From Bdellovibrionales bacterium (lineage in GTDB: Bacteria > Bdellovibrionota > Bdellovibrionia > Bdellovibrionales > JAGQZY01), in assembly GCA_031426555.1 (NCBI GenBank), contig JANPLN010000049.1:1223-65222 (forward strand): a stretch of 64,000 bases of DNA, read 5' to 3'. Each line of letters starts with the position of its first letter. The first letter of the stretch is position 1. Positions 27,793 to 37,270 of this stretch are shown here, piece after piece. The position numbers were made by a program, and so were the translations under genes. The notes under the pieces were generated by a model that saw nothing but the letters and a program-made list of their open reading frames with translations, ran no database searches and was not told where the DNA came from.

Positions 27793-29027
27793 TATGCGCT
27801 CCTTGTTGAGCCCTGTTCGGCCTTTGGGGTCTGGGACCTTTGATCAGGAAGTTGCGAGTATTTAAAAAGAATCGCGACAAATCCCAAAACTGTCACGAAG
27901 CTCGCAGCTAAAAATGGACTTTCCATTCCGTACTGGGTGTAAAGCCAGCCACCTAAGATCGGGCCGAGAATTCTCCCCAGGCTTGCAGCACTTTGCGAAG
28001 CTCCCATGATTTTTCCCTGCTCGTTGTCTTTTGCGGCCACGCTCACAATTCCAAGCAATGCCGGCCGTGAAAAGCCGTTCCCAATGGCCACAAAAACCAT
28101 GGCCACTGCTAAAAATGTAACCGTGTGGGAAATGGAAATCATGTAAAAAGCCATTCCCATCAAAATCATTCCGATCACGACCAGCCGACGCTCTCCCCAC
28201 TTGGGCATCAAGCGGCGAACCAAAAACCCTTGCGTAAACACCATGACCAGCCCGACCACAGCAAAACCCATTCCCGATTTTACAAAATCCCAACCAAAAC
28301 GGTCGGCCACAAACGGAAATAGCATCACCTCCATCAGCGGCATGGCGAAGTTGGCTAAAAAATAAACGGCGATGAGATATGCGAGAAAGAATGAGGTTTT
28401 TTTGGGAGTTGAAATTTCCTGCGTGAGATCGTCTTCGAACTTTTTAGTTTCCGGTAAATAAAAATAAGCCCACACAAAATTGAGGGCTGTTATCGCAAAC
28501 GCCATCAGCGCTGGAAAAAAAATTCCAAAGGGAGCATCGTTGCTGATCTTTTGTCCCAGGTAGCCAAACAGACTGCCCAGCGAAGGGCCAATGATAAAGC
28601 CCAAGCCAAAAGCTGCGCCGATCATGCCCATGGCGCTGGTGCGATTTTTTTTGTCGGTGAGATCGGCCATGGCTGCATGGGCCGTGGAAATATTCGCGGC
28701 AAACGCACCGGCCAGTGAACGATAAATAAACATGCTTATGAGCGTGGGCGCAAAGGCGGTTCCGAGATACGACAAACTTCCACCTACAAGGCTGATTAAA
28801 AGAACGGGTCTGCGCCCCCAACGATCACTGAGTTTTCCCCAAAACGGCGAAAAAATAAACTGCATCAACGAATATGAGGCCATCAACAGCCCAATTTCAA
28901 ACTCCGAGGCCCGAAAATGCCGCGCTAAAAAAGGACTCAGCGTAATAAAGATTCCAAAACCCACAAGATCAAGAAATACGATCAAAAATACAATCAACTT
29001 TGCATGGGATTTTTGGCTATCAGACAT
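27792..29027 (-). CDS. MFS transporter (DHA1/tetracycline-efflux-like)
   Basis: Twelve predicted helices. The GKLSDRWGRRPVLL motif-A loop is typical of MFS. Its stop overlaps the valS start by 1 nt (TAATG). Confidence 0.8.
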   Translation of the reverse strand: MSDSQKSHAKLIVFLIVFLDLVGFGIFITLSPFLARHFRASEFEIGLLMASYSLMQFIFSPFWGKLSDRWGRRPVLLISLVGGSLSYLGTAFAPTLISMFIYRSLAGAFAANISTAHAAMADLTDKKNRTSAMGMIGAAFGLGFIIGPSLGSLFGYLGQKISNDAPFGIFFPALMAFAITALNFVWAYFYLPETKKFEDDLTQEISTPKKTSFFLAYLIAVYFLANFAMPLMEVMLFPFVADRFGWDFVKSGMGFAVVGLVMVFTQGFLVRRLMPKWGERRLVVIGMILMGMAFYMISISHTVTFLAVAMVFVAIGNGFSRPALLGIVSVAAKDNEQGKIMGASQSAASLGRILGPILGGWLYTQYGMESPFLAASFVTVLGFVAILFKYSQLPDQRSQTPKAEQGSTRSA

Positions 29028-29057
29028 GATCCGCTATACATAGCCGATCCAACCCCC

Positions 29058-29163
29058 AAAAGGTACGCCGTACCGTTTAGTTGAGAATCGCGTCATTCAC
29101 CAAAAGGTACGCCGTTCCGTTTAAGGTACGCCGTACCTTTTGGTTGAGATGTGCGTCAATTTT
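29058..29163. repeat. REP-like palindromic repeat cluster A (3 copies of the GGTACGCCGTACC core)
   Basis: Cores lie at 29062-29074, 29106-29118 (one mismatch) and 29125-29137. Each is embedded in AAAAGG...CCTTTT and followed by a GTTGAGAnnnGCGTCAnT tail. Confidence 0.8.
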
Positions 29164-29166
29164 GCT

Positions 29167-29715
29167 CTAGGCTTGGCCTATCATTGTGGGGCGCATGGTG
29201 TCCGGCGCTTCGGTCTGAGTTTCCGTGTCGACGAAGTCCAATTTGTCTCCCAGAGCGGGCTCTGGGAAGATTTTCTTGCCTTGATCGAGCATGGTGATAT
29301 GGGCCTGCATCAATGAACGCAACGTGGTTTCGTATTGCAGGCGGGCTTTTTTCAGGTCGGCGATGTCGTAGTACATTTTTTTCAATGAGTCCCGAGCATC
29401 TTTCATCAGCATCTCGGCCCGCTGGCGAGCATCGCTGATAATCAGTTGCGATTCTTTTTCGGCGTCCGTACGGAATTGATCAGACATTTTCGAAGCGGCT
29501 TGAATCGTAGCTCGCAACGCTTGATCGCGTTCGATGTATTCCACAAGTGCGCTGTCTTTTTTTGCAAGTTCGTCTTTCAGGCGCTGGCGTTCACGCACCA
29601 ACTCTTCCATTTGGTCGGCCACATCGCGCAAGAAATCGTAAACTTCCTGCGGATCAATACCCAGCATTTTTTTAGAAAATGTTTTATGTGTAATATCAAT
29701 CGGGGCAATTCTCAT
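29167..29715 (-). CDS. divIVA: DivIVA domain cell-division/polarity protein
   Basis: MRIAPIDITHKTFSKKMLGIDPQEVYDFL is the DivIVA N-terminal lipid-binding domain signature. A coiled coil follows. Confidence 0.85.
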   Translation of the reverse strand: MRIAPIDITHKTFSKKMLGIDPQEVYDFLRDVADQMEELVRERQRLKDELAKKDSALVEYIERDQALRATIQAASKMSDQFRTDAEKESQLIISDARQRAEMLMKDARDSLKKMYYDIADLKKARLQYETTLRSLMQAHITMLDQGKKIFPEPALGDKLDFVDTETQTEAPDTMRPTMIGQA

Positions 29716-29848
29716 TCAAAACCTCCGTGTTTTGATTTATGCGCGAAACCCGAGCCAGCCCAAAGGCTGCCTCATAGGTTACAATACCAACGATCCCACG
29801 ACTTTCGTGAGTAAAAATCTGCTACCAGGATGAATTCAGGACCTTCAT

Positions 29849-30664
29849 CTAGCGGCCGTTGCCGAGCTCGCGGTAGCGTTGAGCAGCTTTGCCAAAACTC
29901 ATGCGCAACAGACCCTCGATTTCTAGCGAGCGCATGGACTCCAGCCCCGCAGCAGTCATGCCTTTGCGAGAGGTGACTTTGTTTTGCAGCTCTTCTAAGT
30001 TTTCGGTGGAAATTTGTGCAAGCGCTGCAGTTCCTAAAAATGTTTGCACGATAATACTGCGGGCAACTTCGGGCTCGAGTCCATGCTCTTCAATCCAATC
30101 CTGCCAGTAGTTCATCAATTCGAAAATAAATCCTGTGCCGCTGGAACTGGCCACTGTAAAGGCTTCGAAGGGATCGCCGCCTTCCAATTTAAACACACTT
30201 CCGAGTGGCGAAAATAAATCTTCGATCAAAGTTTCAAACAAACCGTTTTCCGAGCAATAGCCAATCACTCCCTGGCGAATCAAGACCGGAGTGTTCATCA
30301 TCACGCGAGTGAGGTGCCCAACTGGAACGATTTTTCGCAAGGCAATAAAATCCATTCCCGCCGCTAAACTAATCACTACATGATGATTGCCAAAAGAATT
30401 TCGACACTGATCCAGGGCCTCTTGCATGTCTTGTGGCTTTACCGCAACAATGACCACATCGCAATGATCGACAAGCTCCTCGTTGGTCCCAAACGAATCC
30501 ACGTTGTAGAGCTTTTTAATTTTTTCAATTTTTCCAGTGGAGCGGTTGGTGACAAATAAATTTGCGACGTCGATTTTTTGCGATTCCACCAAACCCTTGA
30601 TGATGGCTTGTCCCATGTTCCCAGCGCCAATGATTCCTACTTTTCGTCCTCGAATGTGAACCAT
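29849..30664 (-). CDS. proC: Pyrroline-5-carboxylate reductase
   Basis: VGIIGAGNMGQAIIKGL Rossmann loop and the C-terminal P5CR block (VTSRKGMTAAGL). Confidence 0.9.
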   Translation of the reverse strand: MVHIRGRKVGIIGAGNMGQAIIKGLVESQKIDVANLFVTNRSTGKIEKIKKLYNVDSFGTNEELVDHCDVVIVAVKPQDMQEALDQCRNSFGNHHVVISLAAGMDFIALRKIVPVGHLTRVMMNTPVLIRQGVIGYCSENGLFETLIEDLFSPLGSVFKLEGGDPFEAFTVASSSGTGFIFELMNYWQDWIEEHGLEPEVARSIIVQTFLGTAALAQISTENLEELQNKVTSRKGMTAAGLESMRSLEIEGLLRMSFGKAAQRYRELGNGR

Positions 30665-30667
30665 GTG

Positions 30668-31348
30668 TCACCCTTTCTTTGGCAATTGCCAGCCGCTCAA
30701 CTTAATCTTTTCTTCGATCTCATCGATGGGCAAACCCGCAATATTTTCGAGCGTGCCGGTGAAGTTTTTTACAAAATCTTCACCTTGATATCGAAAGGTG
30801 GATCCCAGCTCCACCCCCTCTGCTTTATCCAACTCGCGATGCTGATTGCGAATCAACTGCCGAGCTAAACTCTGAATTCCATAAGAACCCGCTTTATCCA
30901 TGGGGTCACCGCTTTTTACGTAATCCCATATTTCTTCTTTGTTAAGATGGCGAAACTCCACTTGCGAAGTGCCATGACCCAAAACAATTTCGCTGGTCTG
31001 GGTATTCCATAGACAATAGCCGGTGATCACCCGGTGAGTGTTACCCGAAAGTTTTTGCAGGGTTTCGAAGGCGTCTTGCTGGTCCTTGGGCTTGCCTAAA
31101 ATCTCATCTTTATAGACAACAATGGTGTCGGCCGACAGAACAACGCTGGGATGCATTTTAAGGCCTTCTGGGCTCTCGACCAAGGCCTGGGCTTTGCGTT
31201 TTGCCAAATCCTCAACAGCCAATTCAACCCTCAGGTTTTCATCAAGAAATTCCGATATTTCAACTGGAAGGGTGTGAAAAACGTACCCGCGTTTTTGGAG
31301 AAAAAACTGGCGACGCGGTGATTTTGAGGCAAGCACAAACCTCAGCAT
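30668..31348 (-). CDS. maf: Maf-like nucleoside triphosphate pyrophosphatase with a C-terminal extension
   Basis: LASKSPRR N-terminal motif and DKAGSYGIQ block. An extra ~35 aa follow the Maf core. Confidence 0.8.
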   Translation of the reverse strand: MLRFVLASKSPRRQFFLQKRGYVFHTLPVEISEFLDENLRVELAVEDLAKRKAQALVESPEGLKMHPSVVLSADTIVVYKDEILGKPKDQQDAFETLQKLSGNTHRVITGYCLWNTQTSEIVLGHGTSQVEFRHLNKEEIWDYVKSGDPMDKAGSYGIQSLARQLIRNQHRELDKAEGVELGSTFRYQGEDFVKNFTGTLENIAGLPIDEIEEKIKLSGWQLPKKG

Positions 31349-31376
31349 GTACGTAGCTTAATCACAAAAGAAATTT

Positions 31377-32279
31377 ATGGCTATGGATTTGTTGCTCTAT
31401 TTAGGATTATTTTTAGCGGGCACTGCCACGTTTTGGGTTGTGTATTCTTTGTTTGCTGCCAGCCAAGAAAGCAAATCACTTTCGTGGGCCACCGGCGACG
31501 AACCTAAAAAATCAAAGTCGCCGTTGATCAACCTTTCTCGTCCCCTCGTACACCAATTTACAATCAAGTACGCGCTTCGTTTTAAGAGCGAAAAAATGCG
31601 CAAAGACATCGATTACAAAATTGTCACGGCAGGAATGGAAGAAGAGATTTCGGTGGATGAGTTTATCGGCCTGAAACTTTTTTGGGGCGTACTTTTTCCA
31701 ATTCTCATTGTGCTATTAAATTTTGCACTGCAGTTGGGCTATCCAACAGCCGTGTTAATTATGCTCTCTCCCATCGGCTACATGCTTCCCGATTTCCACG
31801 CCCGGGCCGAAAAAAACAAGCGCATGAAGTCCGTGGTGATCGATCTTCCATTTTTTATTGAGCTTCTCGCATTATCAACGCAAGCTGGGGCCGATTTTTT
31901 TGGCGCCATTCAAAAAATCACCACCAAGGCACCCGAAAGCGTTCTCGCTCAAGAGCTAGAAAAAGTTTTGCGCGATATTCGACTCGGCAGCACGCGCGAA
32001 AAAGCTCTCAAAGACATGGCCTATCGCCTCGATGTGTCCGAAGCCACAAGTTTTGTGAACGTTCTCACCGATGCCGACGCCACGGGCGCCAGTGTGGGTG
32101 AAGTTTTAAAAGAGCATTCGGCGCAAATGCGTTTGGAGCGCTTCGTCCGCGCCGAAAAAGCCGGCGCCCGCGCCTCGCAAGCCATGCTGATTCCGTTGAT
32201 CATGTTTATTCTGCCCGCCGTCTTCATCGTGGTGTTTGCTCCCGTAGCGCTGCAATTCTTGTACGGAGGCAAGGGATGA
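31377..32279 (+). CDS. Type II secretion system F-family inner-membrane platform protein (TadC/TadB-like)
   Basis: Single T2SS-F domain pattern (LPFFIELLALSTQAGADFFGAIQKI ... ATGASVGEVL ... AGARASQAMLIPLIMFILP) and three TM segments. Confidence 0.75.
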   Translation: MAMDLLLYLGLFLAGTATFWVVYSLFAASQESKSLSWATGDEPKKSKSPLINLSRPLVHQFTIKYALRFKSEKMRKDIDYKIVTAGMEEEISVDEFIGLKLFWGVLFPILIVLLNFALQLGYPTAVLIMLSPIGYMLPDFHARAEKNKRMKSVVIDLPFFIELLALSTQAGADFFGAIQKITTKAPESVLAQELEKVLRDIRLGSTREKALKDMAYRLDVSEATSFVNVLTDADATGASVGEVLKEHSAQMRLERFVRAEKAGARASQAMLIPLIMFILPAVFIVVFAPVALQFLYGGKG

Positions 32280-32617
32280 CGTTAGTACTTAGAGCCAATC
32301 AACAAATCATCTGTTCTCAAGTCCGCGTGGCTAACAGTTTTGCAACCCGTGTGGTGGGCTTGATTGGCACGAAACAATTGAATCAGGAGGGGTTATTCAT
32401 CCCCGGCTGCAATTGGATTCATACGTTTTTTATGTCCATCCCCATCGATGTGGTTTACGTGGATCGCCAGGGTGGAATTCGTAAAATTGATCATCGCATA
32501 AAGCCATGGCGTCTTGGAAAGCCCGTGTGGTCTGCAACCGATGTTGTGGAATTGCCTGCTGGGTTTGCAGAACTTAAGTCGTTAAAAATAGGAGACACAC
32601 TACATGTGGGCCATTAA
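32276..32617 (+). CDS. DUF192 family protein
   Basis: ANSFATRVVGLIG...GLFIPGCNWIHTFFMSIPIDVVYVD matches the DUF192 (COG1430) core as I remember it. ATGA overlap with the upstream gene. Confidence 0.65.
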   Translation: MTLVLRANQQIICSQVRVANSFATRVVGLIGTKQLNQEGLFIPGCNWIHTFFMSIPIDVVYVDRQGGIRKIDHRIKPWRLGKPVWSATDVVELPAGFAELKSLKIGDTLHVGH

Positions 32618-34274
32618 AATCCTCAATGGAGCACAGTCTGGAAAGATATTTCCTCTCATAAAGGGAAATAATATTCTCGGTCGCTCTGTCAAAGCGAACA
32701 TTCGCCTGGCCGACAATGGTGTTTCTAAAAACCATGCGCAGATCTTTGTGACGAACGATAAAGTCATTATCTCTGATTTAAAATCGAGCAATGGAACCTT
32801 CGTCAATGGTATCCAAGTGCAGAATCACGGATTAAAAACTGGTGATAAAGTTTTAATCCACCAAACTATTTTTACCATCTTTCAACTTCCCGACAACGTG
32901 GTGTTTGCAGATCAAAAGTTAAACAAAGCCATGCCCTCGCGGGGTCTTGCCAACTCACCAGCGAACACACCAGCAAACTTCCCGGCCCATGGAAGCAACG
33001 CCCTCCAATTGCAACACGATCCCCATTCGCTGATGATGCATGATTCGGCTTCAGCACAACAGCCCTCCATGGCCCCGGTGTTTGAACAACCTAAACTTTT
33101 AGAGATCCTTCGCGAACGCACCGAGCAGTATGTGGACGAAGTGGCCATGCCGCCGATCTACAAAGCCGCCGAAAAATTCGACTTCAAACATATTCTCGCT
33201 GGCTTCACCATCGCCTTTATTTTTCTCACCACATTCCTCGCCATCTTTCCGCTAGCCAAACTGACCCGCGAAACCGTTCTCACAGAAAGTAAACGCCGCG
33301 CTCTCACAATGGCCCGCAACCTGGCGCAAATGAATCGCAAGGCTCTGGCCGATGACTCCGAGCTTTCGTTAACAACCGATTTTGTAGCTCGCGAGTCTGG
33401 CGTCGACAAGGTGATGATCATCTCTGGACAAAGCGGCGCGATCCTTGCCCCCGCCAATCAGATGGGTCAATTCCTCAAGGACCCGTTCGTGATTAGTTTG
33501 CGCAACAGTCACAGCGAACAAGTGGATTTGATCAACGATTCCCAGGTGGCAGCCAGTGTGCCCATGAAGTTTTTCAATGCAGAGATTGGCGATTCCACCG
33601 TGAAAGCTTACGCCATCGTTATCTATAACGTTGACCCCCTGGCCGTGGATTTTGGCAGAACCCTTAGTTTATTTATTCAAATCTTTTTGATTGCCTGTGT
33701 GATCGGCGCGGTTATTTTTGTGATTCAGTATCGGCTCATCATTTATCCGCTTAAAAATTTGAATCGTGAAATCGATCGTTCGTTGAGCGAGGGCAGTAGC
33801 AATATTCAAATCAATTTCCAACTGCCGATTTTCCAAAAATTAATTGCCAACATTAACAGTGCTCTCTCACGAATCAATGCAGATTTTTCCGGTACCGACA
33901 AAATGGCGGCTCAGTCTGACAAGTCCGTAGAAGCCTACGAAGTTGTGAAGATGTTCCCAGTGCCCGCGTTCGCTCTCGATCCGCAAACACAACAGTTCAT
34001 TGCTTTAAATCCCGCCCTCGAAGGCCACCCACTTTTTGATGGAGGCCGGGTTTTACAAATGTCCATCACCGAGCTCACAGATAAATCACTTTACGAGTCG
34101 CTGAAGGATTTAGTGGCTACTTGCGTGCAAAATCCGAACAGTGCCCACACGAACGAACTTCCCTCGCAGGGTTCCGAAAAATACGAGATCGCTGCCAAGG
34201 CTATTATTAACAATAATAAACCCAACTACATTTTATTTACAGTGATGCAAATTGTTGAGGAGGAATCGAGCTGA
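32604..34274 (+). CDS. FHA domain - 2TM periplasmic sensor-like - HAMP-like - PAS-like protein (no output domain)
   Basis: FHA signature ILGRS...VSKNHAQIF...DLKSSNGTFVNG. Two hydrophobic helices (ILAGFTIAFIFLTTFLAIFPLA; LSLFIQIFLIACVIGAVIFVIQY) bracket ~140 aa. IIYPLKNLNREIDRS follows TM2. 14-nt overlap with DUF192. Confidence 0.75.
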   Translation: MWAIKILNGAQSGKIFPLIKGNNILGRSVKANIRLADNGVSKNHAQIFVTNDKVIISDLKSSNGTFVNGIQVQNHGLKTGDKVLIHQTIFTIFQLPDNVVFADQKLNKAMPSRGLANSPANTPANFPAHGSNALQLQHDPHSLMMHDSASAQQPSMAPVFEQPKLLEILRERTEQYVDEVAMPPIYKAAEKFDFKHILAGFTIAFIFLTTFLAIFPLAKLTRETVLTESKRRALTMARNLAQMNRKALADDSELSLTTDFVARESGVDKVMIISGQSGAILAPANQMGQFLKDPFVISLRNSHSEQVDLINDSQVAASVPMKFFNAEIGDSTVKAYAIVIYNVDPLAVDFGRTLSLFIQIFLIACVIGAVIFVIQYRLIIYPLKNLNREIDRSLSEGSSNIQINFQLPIFQKLIANINSALSRINADFSGTDKMAAQSDKSVEAYEVVKMFPVPAFALDPQTQQFIALNPALEGHPLFDGGRVLQMSITELTDKSLYESLKDLVATCVQNPNSAHTNELPSQGSEKYEIAAKAIINNNKPNYILFTVMQIVEEESS

Positions 34275-35266
34275 TGAGTTCGCAGGCTCTGAGTTCCTCA
34301 CCATTTTCGGCATTCCAGGTGACCCTGCGTCTCCTGGCGGGCCCCAATAAGGGAGATGTGTATCGCATCCTTCCCCCGGGCGCCGTTATCGGTCGAGATG
34401 CTCTGTCCTGCCAAGTCGCCTTGATGGACGCGCGAGTGAGTCGTCAACAGTGTCGTCTGGACTATAAAATGGAAGGCCTCACGGTTGAAGATCTGAGCGG
34501 TAAACAAACGACCCTCGTCAATCAGCGCCCCATCGAGGGAGAGCACCTCCTGCAAAATGGGGATATTCTTACCTGCGGCGACACTCATATCTCCATCGAG
34601 ATTCAGTCGGACGGCCTCACCACAGTTCCGTCGCTGAGTGCGCCTGCGCACAGGCCTGCTTCTCTCTCTTCTACATCTTATATTCCAGAGCCTGCAATGC
34701 CGCAAAATCAACCCCCGTCCATGGATCCGCAATCGAAGCGGTTGTCGATCATCGTTGGGATTGGTTTGGTTGTGGGTCTTGGACTTTTTCTGATGCCAGA
34801 AGACGCGCCGAAACCTCCACCAAAAATAGCAACTTCGGAAACAATCAACGAAAGCATCGCGGCCGTGCAAAAGCGCCAAGAGGAAATCTCAAAAAATACA
34901 AGCCAGCTGACGGAGCTCGAGCTTTACAACAAACGTTCAGCGCAAAAACATTATATTCGCGGCTTGCGAGACTTTCAGAATGCTCGCTACAATCGCGCCA
35001 TCGAGGCATTTCAAACAGCGCTCGCCACCGACCGAAGTCATGTGATGGCTCGACGATACTATAAATTAGCCGAAAAAAAGCGACTCAACGAAGTCGATTA
35101 CCATATGGACCTTGGTTTAAAATACAAAGACAAGTCGATGTATAAAATGTGTATCGCTGAATTTGCTCATGTTCTACAGATTCTCAATCAGCCGACAAAT
35201 AAAAAGTATCAATTGGCTAAAGAACAAATCAAAGAATGCCGTCTGTCAATACAGGAGGGTGTATAG
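34274..35266 (+). CDS. FHA domain - TM - TPR-like protein
   Basis: FHA pattern VIGRDALSCQVALMDARVSRQQCRL...TTLVNQ. TM is LSIIVGIGLVVGLGLFLM. The C-terminal region has helical TPR-like repeats. TGATG overlap with the upstream stop. Confidence 0.7.
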   Translation: MSSQALSSSPFSAFQVTLRLLAGPNKGDVYRILPPGAVIGRDALSCQVALMDARVSRQQCRLDYKMEGLTVEDLSGKQTTLVNQRPIEGEHLLQNGDILTCGDTHISIEIQSDGLTTVPSLSAPAHRPASLSSTSYIPEPAMPQNQPPSMDPQSKRLSIIVGIGLVVGLGLFLMPEDAPKPPPKIATSETINESIAAVQKRQEEISKNTSQLTELELYNKRSAQKHYIRGLRDFQNARYNRAIEAFQTALATDRSHVMARRYYKLAEKKRLNEVDYHMDLGLKYKDKSMYKMCIAEFAHVLQILNQPTNKKYQLAKEQIKECRLSIQEGV

Positions 35267-37269
35267 TGGCCCGACTTAAGGTGAGACGACATCAAGTGAA
35301 TTTTGCTGAGCTCGAATTGGAGCCTGGCAAAACCTATATTATAGGTCGTCGTGAAAACGCCGACGTAATTCTCTCATCTGATCCGGGGATCTCTCGCCAG
35401 CACGTTTCCATTGAGTTTACCGATAGCGCTTGGGTTGTAAAATCTCTTTCAACCCACCTACCTGTTTCCTACGAGGGTAAAACCCATAACACATTATCGT
35501 TTGTTGATGGAATTGCGCATTTCTACGTCACTCCCTATGAATTTGAATTACAAATGCTCAACGAAGAACCTTCGCTTAAAACAGACGAGGCCAAACCTCC
35601 GGTGGGGCTGGACCCCAGCGCTCCCGCCAACGGTGAAGTGGATGAGAAAATTCGCGAGCCTCTGCAAAACGGTCAGTCCGAGGTTCCTGCCTACGATGCA
35701 GAATTGTCGTTTCATGGTAACGAAGAGCCGACGGGCGAAGTGCATTTGGCCCACGAACCGTATATTAAATTTATGCACGAGAGCCATTCCGAATCCCTAC
35801 GACTTAAGGGTAACAAGTGGGTGGCTGGTCGCGACAATATCGCACAGATTCAGTTGGACGATAAAAAAGCCAGTCGTCAGCATTTCAGCTTAGAAAAAGT
35901 CGGCGAGCAGTTTTACATTAGAGATCTACAAAGTGCCAATGGCACCTTGCTAAATGGTCAGGAGCTCCCGCACCATGAGCCGCGCGAAATAAAAAGCGGC
36001 GATATTATCACCGTCAATCAACTCACGATGATTTTTGAAATGCGCGATCTTTCGTTTTCGGAAAAACTCAAAGATCTTCCTCTTCAAGCCTATAGCGGTC
36101 CGTTGATCTTAAGTTCGCAGGAGTGGGATTTGGCTGCTGATTCTCACAAGCCGTCACTGCGACTCGAAACCAAAGACCTGGCGCAGGTTACGGGGTCTGT
36201 ACAAAAAGTAACCCCTCCGGTTGCGAAAAAGAATCATCTTCGAACCGCTCTGCTTGGAGCAGTTGCTTTAATCATTATTGGCTATGCGCTTTACCAGCAA
36301 AACAGCCCCGCCCCCCAACGAGATCTGGCCGCAGCAGGTGTAAAAACGTTTGAATCCTTATCTCCAGAGGAAAAAAAGTTTGTGGCCGATAGCTACAACT
36401 CGGCTCAAAACTATTACCAAGAAGGTCGCATTCAGAATGCGCTCACGCAACTCGCATACGTGCATAAAACTTTGCCCTTCTACAAGGACTCTCGCGAGCT
36501 AGAAACAAAACTTGTGGAAGCCCAAGAAACTCTTCGCCAAAAAGAATTTATTGCTCAGCAACGACGTGAGCAGGAAGAAACCCGCATTAAAGTGCAAAAC
36601 ATCGTTGCCGACTGCCGCGATCGCTATCGCGATTCGGTCGACGTCTCCGCAGTGAAAGGGTGTCTCACCGGCGCCCTGCAACTGGATCCCGAAAACTCGG
36701 ATGCTCTCTCCATTGTCGCCGAGATTGAACTGCGCTTGAATCAAGCCCTCGAAGCCGAACGAAAACTCAAAGAATTTAACGACAATGCGCAAAAAGGCCG
36801 CGATCTGTTTTATCGGGCTAAAAATCTTTTGCAAAACAAAGACTACCATGAAGCTATCACAGCATTTTCAGCCCACATCAACGCCAATCTGCCCGATCCC
36901 GACAAGTTAAAGCCAGCATCGCAGAGACAAGTGGCTTCCATCGAAAATCACATCGAAACACAAAAAAGATCCTTGATGGGTAAAGCCAACACGCTACTTA
37001 ACAGTGGCAACCTGCGCGATGCGGTCGTGGCCGCCGAACAGGCCAAGCGTGTGGATCCCTATGATTATTCCATCGCTAACTTTATCGAACAAACCCGCCG
37101 TTCGCTGGAAGTGAAGATGCGCCCTCTGTATGAAGAGAGTGTGATCGAAGAGCGCTTTGGTAATTTCGAAATTTGCAAAGCCAAATGGCAAGAGATCGTG
37201 GCCAAGGACATCCCAACAGGCGAATATTATCTTAAAGCGAAGCGCAAACTTCAGCAGTACGGACCGTAA
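35266..37269 (+). CDS. Tandem FHA-FHA - TM - TPR-rich protein
   Basis: Start reassigned to GTG 35266 (AGGAGGG lies 7 nt upstream; TAGTG overlap). FHA1 is IIGRRENADVILSSDPGISRQHVSI. FHA2 is VAGRDNIAQIQLDDKKASRQHFSL...SANGTLLNG. TM is LRTALLGAVALIIIGYALY. About 330 aa of TPR-like helices follow. Confidence 0.75.
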   Translation: MARLKVRRHQVNFAELELEPGKTYIIGRRENADVILSSDPGISRQHVSIEFTDSAWVVKSLSTHLPVSYEGKTHNTLSFVDGIAHFYVTPYEFELQMLNEEPSLKTDEAKPPVGLDPSAPANGEVDEKIREPLQNGQSEVPAYDAELSFHGNEEPTGEVHLAHEPYIKFMHESHSESLRLKGNKWVAGRDNIAQIQLDDKKASRQHFSLEKVGEQFYIRDLQSANGTLLNGQELPHHEPREIKSGDIITVNQLTMIFEMRDLSFSEKLKDLPLQAYSGPLILSSQEWDLAADSHKPSLRLETKDLAQVTGSVQKVTPPVAKKNHLRTALLGAVALIIIGYALYQQNSPAPQRDLAAAGVKTFESLSPEEKKFVADSYNSAQNYYQEGRIQNALTQLAYVHKTLPFYKDSRELETKLVEAQETLRQKEFIAQQRREQEETRIKVQNIVADCRDRYRDSVDVSAVKGCLTGALQLDPENSDALSIVAEIELRLNQALEAERKLKEFNDNAQKGRDLFYRAKNLLQNKDYHEAITAFSAHINANLPDPDKLKPASQRQVASIENHIETQKRSLMGKANTLLNSGNLRDAVVAAEQAKRVDPYDYSIANFIEQTRRSLEVKMRPLYEESVIEERFGNFEICKAKWQEIVAKDIPTGEYYLKAKRKLQQYGP

Positions 37270-37270
37270 A

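Noticed and set aside
34298-34879. A 193-aa minus-strand ORF inside the second FHA gene
   Set aside because: It is antisense to a frame with a clear FHA pattern and operon coupling. The translation is Arg-rich and featureless.
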